From Candidatus Delongbacteria bacterium (lineage in GTDB: Bacteria > CAIWAD01): a DNA stretch of 64,000 nt. The DNA lies in assembly GCA_963663545.1 (NCBI GenBank), contig OY760505.1, positions 224,001 through 288,000 on the forward strand, written 5' to 3'. The stretch's first letter is position 1. Each line of letters starts with the position of its first letter. Below, piece by piece: positions 1-13,254 of the stretch. The translations under genes were made by a program, and so were the position numbers. The notes beneath the pieces are model-generated. The model was given only the letters and a program-made list of their open reading frames with translations. It was not told the DNA's origin and ran no database searches.

Positions 1-2151
1 GGCTGCTTTCTGAACGCTTTCGTCGCTTTTCAGCATCTCGCGCAGAGTTTCAACCAGCGGCTGTCCGTTCCAATTGTAGAAGAGATCCGCCGAAGCATTG
101 CTATTGCGTGTCACAGCACTCATGCCATTCGACATCGCATTACCATTTGCGGCTTCGCGCTCGAGCAAGGTCAGTCGGCGGCGGAGCAGGTCTTTTAGTC
201 GCGCTGTATCACGCAACTCTACACTCTCCAGTGTATCACGCATGAGTCCGCAATACTCGCTGAAGTTTGAGTAGAGGCAGCGACCGCTTAACGACAGCCA
301 CGCAACAGGCTTATCATACTCCAGGATATCGAAGCCCAACAGCGCGCTTGCTCCGGGAGCAACACCAAGCCGTTGTTGTCGCTCGGCTGTAGCCAGGAAG
401 TCCTCACCTCCACAACCGAGTTTGTCCAAGGCCCGCAACAGGATCGACATGCGGGGCACATCTTCCGGCGCAAGTTCAGGAAGCGGAAACACCATTTCTA
501 TCCAGGCAATACCGTTGCTGCCACAGGGGTAGAACTGCATCTCATGCCCGGCCACGTTTTCCACGCAGGCCTGCGGATAACTAGGATCCTCGGTAACCTC
601 ACTCAAGCGCAGGCGGGGCAGCTGGTCGAGGTCTTCTTCCACCTGCTGTTTGTGACGCAACTCGGTAGCTTGTGATACAAGGTGTTCGCGCTCGCTGTCG
701 CTCAGTGCCTGCTCGCGACTCTGCAACCACTCCTGTTCCACCAGCACTTCTCGTGCGGCCATTTCGGCGTCCGGTACCAAACTGAAATTTACACGGTGAG
801 GGTTCTCCAGAAGCATGCGCTTGACTAAGGCAGGCAAATAGGCGGGATCCTTTAGTCGCTTGTGCAAGCGGTCCAACGCCGGTCCCTGATTGATGCCGTC
901 CACCGGATCGCCACCATGTAACACACGCTCCCCGGCACGCTCTAGCAACTCCAGCAGGAAGGGCATCCAGTTGCTGTCCTCGGTGTTGCGGTGATCCAGC
1001 TCCAGCTGATGTAGGGCGCGATCCACATCCTCACGTGGTAACCCTTCTGCGGCAACCTTTTCCAGCACCGACAGGATCAGCTTTTCGATCTCCGCCGCAT
1101 GCTTTTGGTCACTGCCCTGGAAGCCGGTGACAAACTGCATCTCGCTGGTATCAGTGCGCACGTAATTGCCAAACGGCGCCTTGCCCAGATCGCTGGCTTC
1201 CAGTGCGCGCATCAGCGGACTGGAGCTGCCGGTCATCAATACCTGTTGCAGGAACTCCGCGTCCATGCAGGCGTCCAGATCCGAAGCTGGCCCCAGCAGC
1301 CATGCCAGCGCGACATAGGCTTGTCCGTCTAGGGTTTCGCCGCTGAAGGGATACGTAGCCGAGCTTGTCACAGGTTTCTCGTGATACTGCTCCCGGGGAA
1401 TTGTGAATGTATCACCGACTCCTGGGAAGCGGTGCAAGACAAGCTCCTGGAAACGTTGCTGATGTTCCGCTGCGGAGATATCACCGACCGTCAAGAAGAT
1501 GGCGTTGCTCGGATGGTAATAGCGCGCGTGAAAAGCCTTGAACTCTTCGTAGCTCAAATGCGGAATACAGGCCGGATCTCCGCCAGAATTGTTGCGATAG
1601 AAGAGCGTCGGAAACAAGTATTGATCCAATCCCGCATAGAAACGGCGCACGGGCGAACTCATCGCGCCCTTCATCTCGTTGTAGACGACGCCGTGTACTA
1701 CAAGTCCGCTCTCAGGATCTACCGGATCACGAAACTCCAGGCGGTGACCCTCCTGGCGGAAATCCAGCTCGGTCAGCAGCGGGAAAAACAGGCAATCCAG
1801 ATAAACCTGCAGCAGGTTGTCAAAGTCCTTGCGGTTGCAGGAGGCAAAGGGATAGCTCGTTGCATCCGGTCCCGTCATCGCATTCATGAAAGAAGAGAAG
1901 CTGCGATTCCCCATGTGTGTAAAGACTTCGTGAACGGGAAATCTCTCGCTGCCTTGTAACACACAATGCTCAATGATGTGGGCTACGCCTGTGGAATCGG
2001 TGGGCAGGGTGCGAAAGACAACGGAAAAAGCATTGTGCGATTTACCGTTGTCCAGATGGATATGTCGTGCACCGGTAGTTGTGTGACGGTAGTCCTCGCA
2101 GACAAGTCCCAGCGCCGGGACTTCCTGGCGGGACAACAATTCAAAACTCAT
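1..2151 (-). CDS. M16C (insulinase / presequence-protease-like) zinc metallopeptidase, 3' end runs off the window
   Basis: Manual translation from ATG at 2151 (overlaps the SSS stop as ATGA, GGAGGA RBS upstream): MSFELLSRQE...TGVAHIIEHCVLQGSERFP...FMNAMTGPDATSYPF. Contains the inverted HxxEH zinc motif and the MNAMT motif. Not in the ORF track because the stop lies outside the window. Confidence 0.9.
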   Translation of the reverse strand, partial: MSFELLSRQEVPALGLVCEDYRHTTTGARHIHLDNGKSHNAFSVVFRTLPTDSTGVAHIIEHCVLQGSERFPVHEVFTHMGNRSFSSFMNAMTGPDATSYPFASCNRKDFDNLLQVYLDCLFFPLLTELDFRQEGHRLEFRDPVDPESGLVVHGVVYNEMKGAMSSPVRRFYAGLDQYLFPTLFYRNNSGGDPACIPHLSYEEFKAFHARYYHPSNAIFLTVGDISAAEHQQRFQELVLHRFPGVGDTFTIPREQYHEKPVTSSATYPFSGETLDGQAYVALAWLLGPASDLDACMDAEFLQQVLMTGSSSPLMRALEASDLGKAPFGNYVRTDTSEMQFVTGFQGSDQKHAAEIEKLILSVLEKVAAEGLPREDVDRALHQLELDHRNTEDSNWMPFLLELLERAGERVLHGGDPVDGINQGPALDRLHKRLKDPAYLPALVKRMLLENPHRVNFSLVPDAEMAAREVLVEQEWLQSREQALSDSEREHLVSQATELRHKQQVEEDLDQLPRLRLSEVTEDPSYPQACVENVAGHEMQFYPCGSNGIAWIEMVFPLPELAPEDVPRMSILLRALDKLGCGGEDFLATAERQQRLGVAPGASALLGFDILEYDKPVAWLSLSGRCLYSNFSEYCGLMRDTLESVELRDTARLKDLLRRRLTLLEREAANGNAMSNGMSAVTRNSNASADLFYNWNGQPLVETLREMLKSDESVQKAA

Positions 2152-4007
2152 CGATCCTCCCTATCAGGAACAAGCCGGGGTGCGGGTGTGGGACTCGCGC
2201 TTCCTTCCCCGGCGGGATTGGGTTTCAATTGGAAAAACCAGATCAGCACTGCACCAGCAACGGCACAGAGCGCGCAGAGGGCGGCGGGCCATGCGTGCAG
2301 CAGCAGAAGGTGTCCCAGGAAAAAGGTTACACCATAGATCAACAACGCGCCGCCGATCCATGAAGGCAGAAAGGCCCTGAGCAGCGAAGGCTGTCCCACG
2401 GCGTGCGGGTAGCGTTCTTTCAGTTCGCCCCAGGCACCTCCAGGTCGTACGCGCTCATAAAAGCGTTCCAGTGTATCACGCGGCTCGGGTTTGGTCAGCA
2501 GCGTGACACTGACCCATACTACGATGGAAAAAGGCACCACAATCAGCGCCTTTACTGCCGTACTCACGGGCTGGCCAAAGAGCTCGGGCGCTGTTGCAAA
2601 CAGGCGATACTCGCCCGGCGCACTCTGCACAAAGGCCAGAATCTCCAGCCCGAAAGTCACTAGAATGGAAGCTCCCAGCGCACTCAGCTCCGACCAGGCA
2701 TTGATACGCCACCAGAACCAGCGCAGAATGAGCACCAGGCCAATGCCGGCCCCCATCGCCCAGACGAAAATCCAGGCGCGATCGATGGAACTCATGAAGA
2801 AAGAGAGCGCCGCCGACAGGGTAATGAGCACCAGAATGGTCAGCCGACTGATAAAGACGTAATGCCGTTCATCGGCCTGCGGTTTGAGAAAGCGCCGGTA
2901 GATGTCATTGACCACGTAGCTGGCGCCCCAGTTCAGGTGCGTGTCGATGGTGCTCATGAATGCGGCAAGAAAAGTGGTGACCAGCAATCCACGCAGCCCC
3001 GGTCCCAGCACGGCCTTGAGCACCATCGGGTAAGCGAGTTTATTGCCCGAGGCCTCAGTAGTGTCGGCGATGTGCGGGAATAGCACCAGGCTGACCAGCG
3101 CCACTAGAATCCAGGGCCAGACACGCAGTGCATAGTTGGCCACATTGTACCACAGCGAAGCCTTCACCGCATCACGCTCACTGCGACAAGCCATCATGCG
3201 TTGTATCACATAACCGCCGCCGTCGGCGTTGTGGTTGCTCCACCACATCAAGGTGATGAAGATGAAGAAAGTGAAGAAGCTGCTGCCCATGAACCCATCA
3301 CCAAAACCATCGAAGGTGGGCACGAAGGAGGTCAAATGCTGCGGTGTGTCGGAGAGTCCGGCGAGCTTCTGTTGCAGCGCGCTTAGCCCACCCACCTCGG
3401 CAACGGCGAACCAGGCCAGCAGAATCGAACCCGTCATGGCCAGAATGAACTGGACCAGATCGGTGACCACCACTCCCCAGAAGCCGGAAAGCACGGTGTA
3501 GACCACGGCGATCGTTACCAAGGTCCAGGTAGTCAGTTGCGGACTGCTGCCCGTAAGCACTTGCACAACGGTGCTCATGCCGTTGATCACCCAGCCCATG
3601 ACGATGAAGTTGTAGACAGTGGCAAACCAGCCCGCCTTGAAGCCGCGCAAAAAGGCTGCGGGACGCCCGCTGTAGCGCAGTTCGATCAGCTCATTGTCCG
3701 TTAACACGCCAGCGCGTCGCCACAATCGACTGAAGAGGAAAACGCCGAGCAACCCTCCCAGGGCCAGATTCCACCACCACCAATTCCGCCAGATGCCGTG
3801 ACCACGTACCATTTCAGTAATGGCCAAAGGCGTATCGGCGGCAAAGGTTGTGGCCACCATCGAGGTCCCCAGCATCCACCAGGGCAGACTGCGTCCGGCG
3901 AGAAAGAAATCGCTCGTTGAGCGCGAACTGCGGCGGGTCAGGTAAATGCCCGTGCCCAGGGCAAACAGCAGATATGCAGCTACAATCAACCAATCCAGAA
4001 TCGTCAT
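2148..4007 (-). CDS. Sodium:solute symporter (SSS family)
   Basis: DFFLAGRSLPWW, SMVATTFAADT and AAFMSTIDT motifs; many TM segments. Confidence 0.92.
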   Translation of the reverse strand: MTILDWLIVAAYLLFALGTGIYLTRRSSRSTSDFFLAGRSLPWWMLGTSMVATTFAADTPLAITEMVRGHGIWRNWWWWNLALGGLLGVFLFSRLWRRAGVLTDNELIELRYSGRPAAFLRGFKAGWFATVYNFIVMGWVINGMSTVVQVLTGSSPQLTTWTLVTIAVVYTVLSGFWGVVVTDLVQFILAMTGSILLAWFAVAEVGGLSALQQKLAGLSDTPQHLTSFVPTFDGFGDGFMGSSFFTFFIFITLMWWSNHNADGGGYVIQRMMACRSERDAVKASLWYNVANYALRVWPWILVALVSLVLFPHIADTTEASGNKLAYPMVLKAVLGPGLRGLLVTTFLAAFMSTIDTHLNWGASYVVNDIYRRFLKPQADERHYVFISRLTILVLITLSAALSFFMSSIDRAWIFVWAMGAGIGLVLILRWFWWRINAWSELSALGASILVTFGLEILAFVQSAPGEYRLFATAPELFGQPVSTAVKALIVVPFSIVVWVSVTLLTKPEPRDTLERFYERVRPGGAWGELKERYPHAVGQPSLLRAFLPSWIGGALLIYGVTFFLGHLLLLHAWPAALCALCAVAGAVLIWFFQLKPNPAGEGSASPTPAPRLVPDREDR

Positions 4008-4136
4008 CGAGGCTCCGTGTTGAAAGGATAGAAGGTATAAAACCGCATCCAGCCCTTCATTTCATGAACAGGATCCAGCTTTCAATATATTCAATCCTAT
4101 TGCCGATATTATTGACGTTTCAGCTCTGGAGGCGCG

Positions 4137-4565
4137 ATGTCAATCGGTTTTGAGTACAACGAGACAGAGAATATCCTCTTCATCCGCAGTGGCGAGACCC
4201 TTTGCATGCAGGATTATCTCGTCTACCGCAACGCACTGCGCAATCAACCCTTTCGCGACAACCTACGCTGCCTGGCCAACTATTTAGGCACGACGGTCAG
4301 TATGAACTACGAAGAAATGCTGTATACGGTAAAGCGTACTCGGGATATCTTTGAAGGTACAAAGCGGGTACGCGTCGTGATCTGTGTTACAGGCGCACTT
4401 TCCCTTGGCCTCGCGCGTATGTACAGCCTCCTTAATGAAAGTGATGACTATCAGGTGCAAGTAGTTGACAGCGTCGAAGAGGCCTTGCGCACGCTGAACA
4501 TTGACCCGGAGCTGCTTCCTGAGCACTTCGAGATGCTGAATGCGGGTGCGCCAGACGGCGAGTGA
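4137..4565 (+). CDS. Small hypothetical protein, possibly STAS/SpoIIAA-like fold
   Basis: 142-aa ORF with GGAGG RBS; C-terminal GLARMY...VVDSVEEAL pattern resembles SpoIIAA-like proteins. Confidence 0.6.
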   Translation: MSIGFEYNETENILFIRSGETLCMQDYLVYRNALRNQPFRDNLRCLANYLGTTVSMNYEEMLYTVKRTRDIFEGTKRVRVVICVTGALSLGLARMYSLLNESDDYQVQVVDSVEEALRTLNIDPELLPEHFEMLNAGAPDGE

Positions 4566-4600
4566 GTCGGCTAACCGATTCACAGGGGCGGGTTCGTCAG

Positions 4601-5956
4601 TTAAAAGGCGTGATCCGATATCATCTGCACCGCGCCCCCCTCACTGCCCACACCCAGATCCACACGTATCACGAGCTGATTTACCAGTAAGCGCAGGCCC
4701 AACAGTCCGTTCACCTTCATGGCTTGATGCAGCGTGCTAAGGTCGTAGCCGGGCGCAACGCGACCCGCCTCCAGACCATAGACCAACTGCAGCCAGTCGA
4801 TGCGCATGCCCAACTTCTGCAGCAAAGCGATCTTCTCCAGCGGATTCCAGCGCAAGGTCTGCCGTAGCTCCGCCTGATACACCAGCGCCGAGCGATCGTT
4901 GAAACGCGCCGGCGCATAGGCGCGCATGCGGTCCATACCTCCCAGACTGGCACCAGCGTAGGTTGGTGGCCGGTGATACACTGGATCACCATCTGCAGCA
5001 TCGGCACTGTTCCATGTGAGACAGTGACTGGTCCACACACTTAACGCCAGGGTGAGTCGCCGTGTGTGTGTGCCTGATCCAAGTGGCAGGTAGCCTGTTG
5101 CACTGCCCATCGCCTGCGTCCATGAGTTACTGGAAGCGCCGCTCCCCCAATCGCGTGACACAGCGGCATAAATCCGGCTGCCGCGCGTGGGATCATCACT
5201 GAAGTCGGTGGCGTCGTACTCGACAAAGAAATCGCTGCCGATGGTGGTGGAGTTGAAATCGCCGACATGGCTCAGCGACAGGTCCTGGCTACGATAAAAG
5301 GGACGCACTCCCAGCATGGTGTAGCCGGTCTTCCAAGGCAGCGGGGGCCATGTATCACGGGCACCCTCAACCACAATGCCATCGCGTAATACAAGGCGAT
5401 GCATCTTCTCGTAACGCCCCTGCCCCAGCGGTAACAAGTAATGCAAGCGAAGCCAGGCTTCCTGATCCAGGCCGTTGCCTTCCAGGTAATTGTCCGGATC
5501 CGAATCATTGGCCCCCGCACGCGCATCCGCAAAGTCGGGATGCCCGTCGCTGAACACCTTCATTGCGTCAAAGTACCCGAGGGTCAGCCGTGAGGTGGCG
5601 TACAAGCGCCCATGTGGAAAAGGACGCAGATCGCTGGCCTTGGCGTATAGGTAGTTCGTGCCTTTGCTGCCAGCGAAAGCCGTGAGAAACAGCGAAGACT
5701 GGGGTTGAGGCCAACTGCTGGTCACAGCGGCGAGCGCCACCGCCGCGCCCATCATGTCGTTGTAGAAGGCAAAGGGAAACAGGGCCAAGCCGGGCTTGCC
5801 ACCTACTTCACCGGCGCGAACCAGTTCCTCCTGCGCGTGTGACACGGAACAGACGGACAACAGTAGAAGCAGTACCACGGCGGCGCGTCGCAAACAGGAT
5901 TCCAGATCGTGGTTGGCTGGGGCAGGCAGAAGAGCGCTAGCAGAGTGAAGGGACAT
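4601..5956 (-). CDS. Omp85/BamA-TamA-like outer-membrane barrel protein without obvious POTRA domains
   Basis: Signal-peptide-like segment ending SHA-QE, LGGMDRMRAY (VRGF-like loop 6) motif, C-terminal Phe; start at 5956 or 6013 uncertain. Confidence 0.7.
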   Translation of the reverse strand: MSLHSASALLPAPANHDLESCLRRAAVVLLLLLSVCSVSHAQEELVRAGEVGGKPGLALFPFAFYNDMMGAAVALAAVTSSWPQPQSSLFLTAFAGSKGTNYLYAKASDLRPFPHGRLYATSRLTLGYFDAMKVFSDGHPDFADARAGANDSDPDNYLEGNGLDQEAWLRLHYLLPLGQGRYEKMHRLVLRDGIVVEGARDTWPPLPWKTGYTMLGVRPFYRSQDLSLSHVGDFNSTTIGSDFFVEYDATDFSDDPTRGSRIYAAVSRDWGSGASSNSWTQAMGSATGYLPLGSGTHTRRLTLALSVWTSHCLTWNSADAADGDPVYHRPPTYAGASLGGMDRMRAYAPARFNDRSALVYQAELRQTLRWNPLEKIALLQKLGMRIDWLQLVYGLEAGRVAPGYDLSTLHQAMKVNGLLGLRLLVNQLVIRVDLGVGSEGGAVQMISDHAF

Positions 5957-6236
5957 GGGAACCTCAAACGAAACGTGGCGGCGGGCACTGCCAGCATGCA
6001 GGCACTCGCGCATATCCTGGGTCTACGTTCCCATATTCTCGTTCCCCCGGCGCACAACTTAAGATGTTACGGGCTTCGTCACGCAAGCCGGGCCATTTTT
6101 GCTTCACAGTCTTGCCGTGAAGCAGTTGGCGAAACGGTTGGAATCATCCAAGAGCAATCGGCAGTGACACAGGTGAAAAGCCACACTGCCGGTCAACCTG
6201 GCTATGCAGACTGACTGGCAGTAGTTGAGGCGAAGA

Positions 6237-7454
6237 TTAGGTCAGACCGTCGCGGCGGTGCCAGGAGAAATTCAGCAGCAGGCCCACCAGCGCCATATTG
6301 GTCCAGGTAAAACTGCCGCCGTAGGTGAGAAAGGGCAGCGGTAGGCCGGTCACCGGCGCCACGCCAATGGTCATGCCCACATTGACGAGGACATGAAAGA
6401 AGAGCAGCGAGGCGATGCCCGTCATCACCAGCCCGCAGAAGTTGTTACGGTGGCGCAGCGCAACGGTGAGCACGCGAATCAGCAGCACGGTGAACAGGCC
6501 CAGAACGAGTACGGCGCCAAGGAAGCCGAACTCCTCTCCCAGCACGCTGAAGACGAAGTCGGTGTGGCGCTCAGGCAAAAAGGCGAGCTGAGTCTGGCTA
6601 CCCTGCAGGAAGCCCTTGCCGCTAAAGCCCCCCGAACCAATAGCCACTTTCGATTGAATGATCTGATAGCCTGCGCCCAGAGGGTCGCTTTCGGGATCGA
6701 GAAAAATGCGAATGCGCTGCTGCTGGTAGGGCTTGAGCAACCCCCAGAGCATGGGCAGCGCAAAGCCGATGCCCGCGTTCACCGAGAGCACGGCCGAGGT
6801 CACCAGCATGTTGGCTTCGGCCGCGTACAGCAGCACTCCCAGGGCAATGATGAAAGGCAACAGCAGGAAGATGTTCTGACTAAGCAGTGCCGATACGATG
6901 GGCGCGACAATGTAGAGCACCCAGGGCCAGGGAAGGCCAGCACGAATCAGCATGGGAAAGAGCACAAAAGCATAGACCAAGGCGGTACCCAGATCAGGCT
7001 GCACCAGCACGAGGCCCATGGGCAGCAGTGCCACCAGCGCCGCCATGATGATATGGGCCGGTCTGCGCAGGTCGATGCGGTTGTCGGCAAGCAACCGTGC
7101 TACAGCCAGGATCAGAGCCAGCTTGCCTAATTCCGAGGGCTGAAAGCGAAAGGCGCCAATTTGCAACCAGCGTTCGGCTCCCATACCCATGGCACCAGCC
7201 ACTTTAACCGCCAACAGAAGCAGCAGGCTACTCCCGTACAGCAGCCAGGAAGTGGCAAACCAGAAGTTGGGCGGCAACAGTGCCGCTGTGAGCAGCACAG
7301 GCAATCCCAGCAAAAGCCAGATACTCTGTTTGGTAGCGTAGTCAATGGGTTGATTGGCACTGGCGCTGGTCAACACCAATAGTCCCATCAGCATTAGGGC
7401 AAAGGCACTGAAAAAGAGAACCCAATCGAAGCGTTTCAGGATCTGCGCCAACAT
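6237..7454 (-). CDS. rodA: Rod shape-determining protein RodA (SEDS)
   Basis: FQPSELGK, LPERHTDF and LPFLTYGGS motifs; follows mrdA. Confidence 0.96.
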   Translation of the reverse strand: MLAQILKRFDWVLFFSAFALMLMGLLVLTSASANQPIDYATKQSIWLLLGLPVLLTAALLPPNFWFATSWLLYGSSLLLLLAVKVAGAMGMGAERWLQIGAFRFQPSELGKLALILAVARLLADNRIDLRRPAHIIMAALVALLPMGLVLVQPDLGTALVYAFVLFPMLIRAGLPWPWVLYIVAPIVSALLSQNIFLLLPFIIALGVLLYAAEANMLVTSAVLSVNAGIGFALPMLWGLLKPYQQQRIRIFLDPESDPLGAGYQIIQSKVAIGSGGFSGKGFLQGSQTQLAFLPERHTDFVFSVLGEEFGFLGAVLVLGLFTVLLIRVLTVALRHRNNFCGLVMTGIASLLFFHVLVNVGMTIGVAPVTGLPLPFLTYGGSFTWTNMALVGLLLNFSWHRRDGLT

Positions 7455-7456
7455 GA

Positions 7457-9304
7457 TCAGTCTCCTCCACCTGCCGATGCAAGTGCCCCGCTTGTATCAA
7501 CAGCCGCCGGGCGTGGCACGTACACGCGTGAGACATGGGTGCCGGGGTGTTTGCGCTCATACCAGTAATCGGTGAGTTTGAAGGCGATGGGAGCGGCGAT
7601 TTCGCTGCCGTGGCCAGCGTTTTCCACCAGCACAAAGACGGCGATTTCCGGATCGGGCTCGGGCATCCAGGACATGAAAAGGCTATGCTCCTTGCCGTGC
7701 GGATTTTCCGCTGTGCCCGTCTTGCCACCCGCCTCGTATGCATCACGTCGCAGATAACCGGCAGTACCTCCGGCGCGGACTACGCCCTGTGTAGCACTTT
7801 GAACCATTGCCCACGTACGTGGTGAAAGCTCAACCTGCTGGCGTTCGTAGACCAGATCCTCTCGCTCGCCCGTCGCACGATCCAGCAACGCCCGTCCGTA
7901 ATGCGGCGTGATACACCAGCCGCCGTTGGCAACGATGCACGCGTAGCGCAAAAGAGAAATCGGTGTGGTCAGCACTTCGCCCTGGCCAATGGCAAGGTTG
8001 AGCATCACACCCAGGCTCCAACCTTTTTCGCCGAAGTTCAGGTCGTACCATTCCGTGTCCGGCAAGAGGTCGCGCGACTCTCCATCGATATCGATGCCCG
8101 TCGGCACTCCCAAACCGAAGCTAAGACCCGCTGCGCGAATATCATCGGGACTCATGCGCAACCCCAGTTGGTAGAACCACACATCGCAGCTGTGTATCAC
8201 AGCCTGACGCATATTCATTGGGCCGTGGCCTTCCAGCTTCCAGCAGCGCTGTACATGGCGCCCAAGGCGGAAAGCGCCCTTGCAGTCTACGGTGAAGTTC
8301 TCCTCCACCAGGTGATGTTCGAGCGCGTAACCCGACACAGCGATCTTGAACAGCGATCCTGGCGGGTAGAGGCCCTGCACCGAGCGGTTGAAAAGCGGTC
8401 GCGTCTCCTCGTTGTTGAGGCGCTCCCAGACCTCGGGTGGCATGCGTCCGCTGAAATAGCGGGGATGAAAATCCGGCTTGCTCACCGAGGCCAGGATTTC
8501 TCCCGTGCGACACTGCGCGATCAGAATAACGCCCTGGCGATCGCCCATCAGCGAATCGGCCAGCGTCTGCAATTCGTAGTCGAGGGTCAGTTCAAGATCG
8601 CGACCGTGCAAGGGCGGAGTTGTAGGCATACCAGGCATGGGCCCCTTGTCACGTCCAAGGGCGTCCACCATGATGTACTCCACGCCCTTGAGCCCGCGAA
8701 TCTGCGCATCGTAATTACGCTCCACACCCTTCTTGCCCACCAGATCGCCAGCTTCAACGCCGGGAAAACGCTCGGCGCTTAACTCCTGATCGCTCACTTC
8801 ACCCAGATAGCCCACCGTGTGAGGCGCCAGATTCTCAGGGTAGTAGCGCTTCGGCTCGATCTGCACTTTGATACCGGGATAATCGCGCAGGTTCTCTGCC
8901 AACACCACGCGCATATCAAAGGAGATATCCGAAAGCAAACGCACGGCTTTCATACTGCCCCGTCCCGCCTGATGCAGACGACGGAAGAGACGGTCGGCGG
9001 GTGCATCACACACATCCGCCAGGCGTAATACAATGCTTGAATCACGCAGCAAAGTATGTGGCACACCGTAGACGGTGTAAGAAGGTCGGTTGTCCACCAG
9101 TACGCGGCCGTTTCTATCCAGCAACAAACCACGGTGGGGAGGAATTTCCTGCGTGCGTACTTGATTGCGACGGGAGCGGTCGATCCAGTCCTGCTGGCCT
9201 ACGAGCTGCAATTGGAAGAGGCGTAACACAAGCAGCGCCATGCCCACCAGCACTAGTGTAACCAGCAGCGTGCCGCGCGCTTGAATATCAGAAAGCTCAC
9301 GCAT
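7457..9304 (-). CDS. mrdA: Penicillin-binding protein 2
   Basis: PGSLFK (SxxK), SCD (SxN-like) and KTGTAE motifs; mre operon context. Confidence 0.95.
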   Translation of the reverse strand: MRELSDIQARGTLLVTLVLVGMALLVLRLFQLQLVGQQDWIDRSRRNQVRTQEIPPHRGLLLDRNGRVLVDNRPSYTVYGVPHTLLRDSSIVLRLADVCDAPADRLFRRLHQAGRGSMKAVRLLSDISFDMRVVLAENLRDYPGIKVQIEPKRYYPENLAPHTVGYLGEVSDQELSAERFPGVEAGDLVGKKGVERNYDAQIRGLKGVEYIMVDALGRDKGPMPGMPTTPPLHGRDLELTLDYELQTLADSLMGDRQGVILIAQCRTGEILASVSKPDFHPRYFSGRMPPEVWERLNNEETRPLFNRSVQGLYPPGSLFKIAVSGYALEHHLVEENFTVDCKGAFRLGRHVQRCWKLEGHGPMNMRQAVIHSCDVWFYQLGLRMSPDDIRAAGLSFGLGVPTGIDIDGESRDLLPDTEWYDLNFGEKGWSLGVMLNLAIGQGEVLTTPISLLRYACIVANGGWCITPHYGRALLDRATGEREDLVYERQQVELSPRTWAMVQSATQGVVRAGGTAGYLRRDAYEAGGKTGTAENPHGKEHSLFMSWMPEPDPEIAVFVLVENAGHGSEIAAPIAFKLTDYWYERKHPGTHVSRVYVPRPAAVDTSGALASAGGGD

Positions 9305-9307
9305 GAA

Positions 9308-9778
9308 TCACTCCCGCCACCCCTCGCCGCGCAGTCCGGGAATGAGAAAGAGCACAAACCAGAAGAGCAGCGTATAGATGGCGGTGGGAAGCGCGTGATA
9401 CAATGTGATACTCAGTGGCGTGGCGTCCATACCGGTGAAGCGTAGATTGGCCAGGAAGATCTCCGCCGGAACAATCAGGAGGATAGCACGCCCGATCATA
9501 TGCGGCAGCGGCAGCTTGTCCGCCGGATTCAACTGCATGCTTGCCAGAAAGCCCAGTGTTGTACCTACCAGCGCCATTGCTCCCAGGGGGTCTTCGCTGA
9601 GGATGTCCGTCAGTGCGCCCAGGCAAAAGCCCAGCAGCGACGCTCGTGCGGGACTCATTCCGGCTCCCAGCAACAATACGGCCACAGTCACTAGACCAGG
9701 CGCCCAGCCGAAAACACGCAGCAGATCCCCTAACGCAAGTTGTATCACAACAAGGAAGAGTAACGGCACACGTCTCAT
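9308..9778 (-). CDS. mreD: Rod shape-determining protein MreD
   Basis: Hydrophobic 156 aa with GFCLGALTD, between mreC and mrdA. Confidence 0.85.
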   Translation of the reverse strand: MRRVPLLFLVVIQLALGDLLRVFGWAPGLVTVAVLLLGAGMSPARASLLGFCLGALTDILSEDPLGAMALVGTTLGFLASMQLNPADKLPLPHMIGRAILLIVPAEIFLANLRFTGMDATPLSITLYHALPTAIYTLLFWFVLFLIPGLRGEGWRE

Positions 9779-10602
9779 TCCTGCGCCTCCTCTGCCTCTT
9801 CGTCAAGCACGCAAGCGTCGGGCGCGGATTGTTGTACTACGTAAAGCTCCTCCAGCCGCTCCAGATGCGCCAGGGCCTGCAGACGTATCACCTTGAACAT
9901 GCCGCCGGTTTCGTGCACCGAGCTGACCACGCCCAGTGGAATGCCACCAACAAAGCGGCTGCCGTGGCCGGAAGTGATCACGGTATCACCGGGTATCACG
10001 CCGCTGGAAAGGGGAATATCCAGCAGTTCCATCTGCGGAGTTCCGTTGCCGGCCACAATTCCCTCTTCACGCGTTCGCGCCAGAAGAGCTCGCGCACGAA
10101 AGTCCCGGTGTGTCACGAGCAGCGCCCGGCTGTGATGCAGGTGAGGATCCAGCAGGCTTCCCGCCAGGCCGTCAACGGTCAGCAGAGCCTCGCCTCCGCG
10201 CACTCCGTCGGACAACCCCAGGTCGATGACCACCGTCTGCGGCTGTTGCGGATTTCCACGGGTAAGCACTCTTGTGGGAAAGTAGACCATGCCCGGCATG
10301 CGACTTATTCCTAACAGGCCCTCGAGCCGTTGGGCTTCGCGAGCCAGCTCGCGCAGACGGCAGTTCTCGGCGAAAAGCTCGATGGTGCGCTGGCGCAGAT
10401 GCTCGTTCTCTTTGCGCAACTCCAGGCCCTGGGGAATCCAGTTTACCAGCACAAGCGGATAGCGGAAGAGACGAAAGATGGTCTCACGTGATACTTGCGC
10501 GGGATAGCTTTTGCCGGAGAGGAGCAAGATCAGCGAGAGCAGGCTGAGCAGCAGCCACGTGATCCAGCCTGCCACCCGGGATTGTTGGGCGCCAGCTTTC
10601 AT
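9775..10602 (-). CDS. mreC: Rod shape-determining protein MreC
   Basis: N-terminal TM, coiled coil (LRKENEHLR), GDTVITSG...GIPLG. Confidence 0.93.
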   Translation of the reverse strand: MKAGAQQSRVAGWITWLLLSLLSLILLLSGKSYPAQVSRETIFRLFRYPLVLVNWIPQGLELRKENEHLRQRTIELFAENCRLRELAREAQRLEGLLGISRMPGMVYFPTRVLTRGNPQQPQTVVIDLGLSDGVRGGEALLTVDGLAGSLLDPHLHHSRALLVTHRDFRARALLARTREEGIVAGNGTPQMELLDIPLSSGVIPGDTVITSGHGSRFVGGIPLGVVSSVHETGGMFKVIRLQALAHLERLEELYVVQQSAPDACVLDEEAEEAQE

Positions 10603-10621
10603 AAGGGAGATCCCATTGCCG

Positions 10622-13238
<2,617 letters not shown>

Positions 13239-13254
<16 letters not shown>

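Noticed and set aside
288-2363. Short ORFs in the track over the first 2.3 kb
   Set aside because: They overlap the M16C peptidase and SSS genes and show no recognisable motifs.
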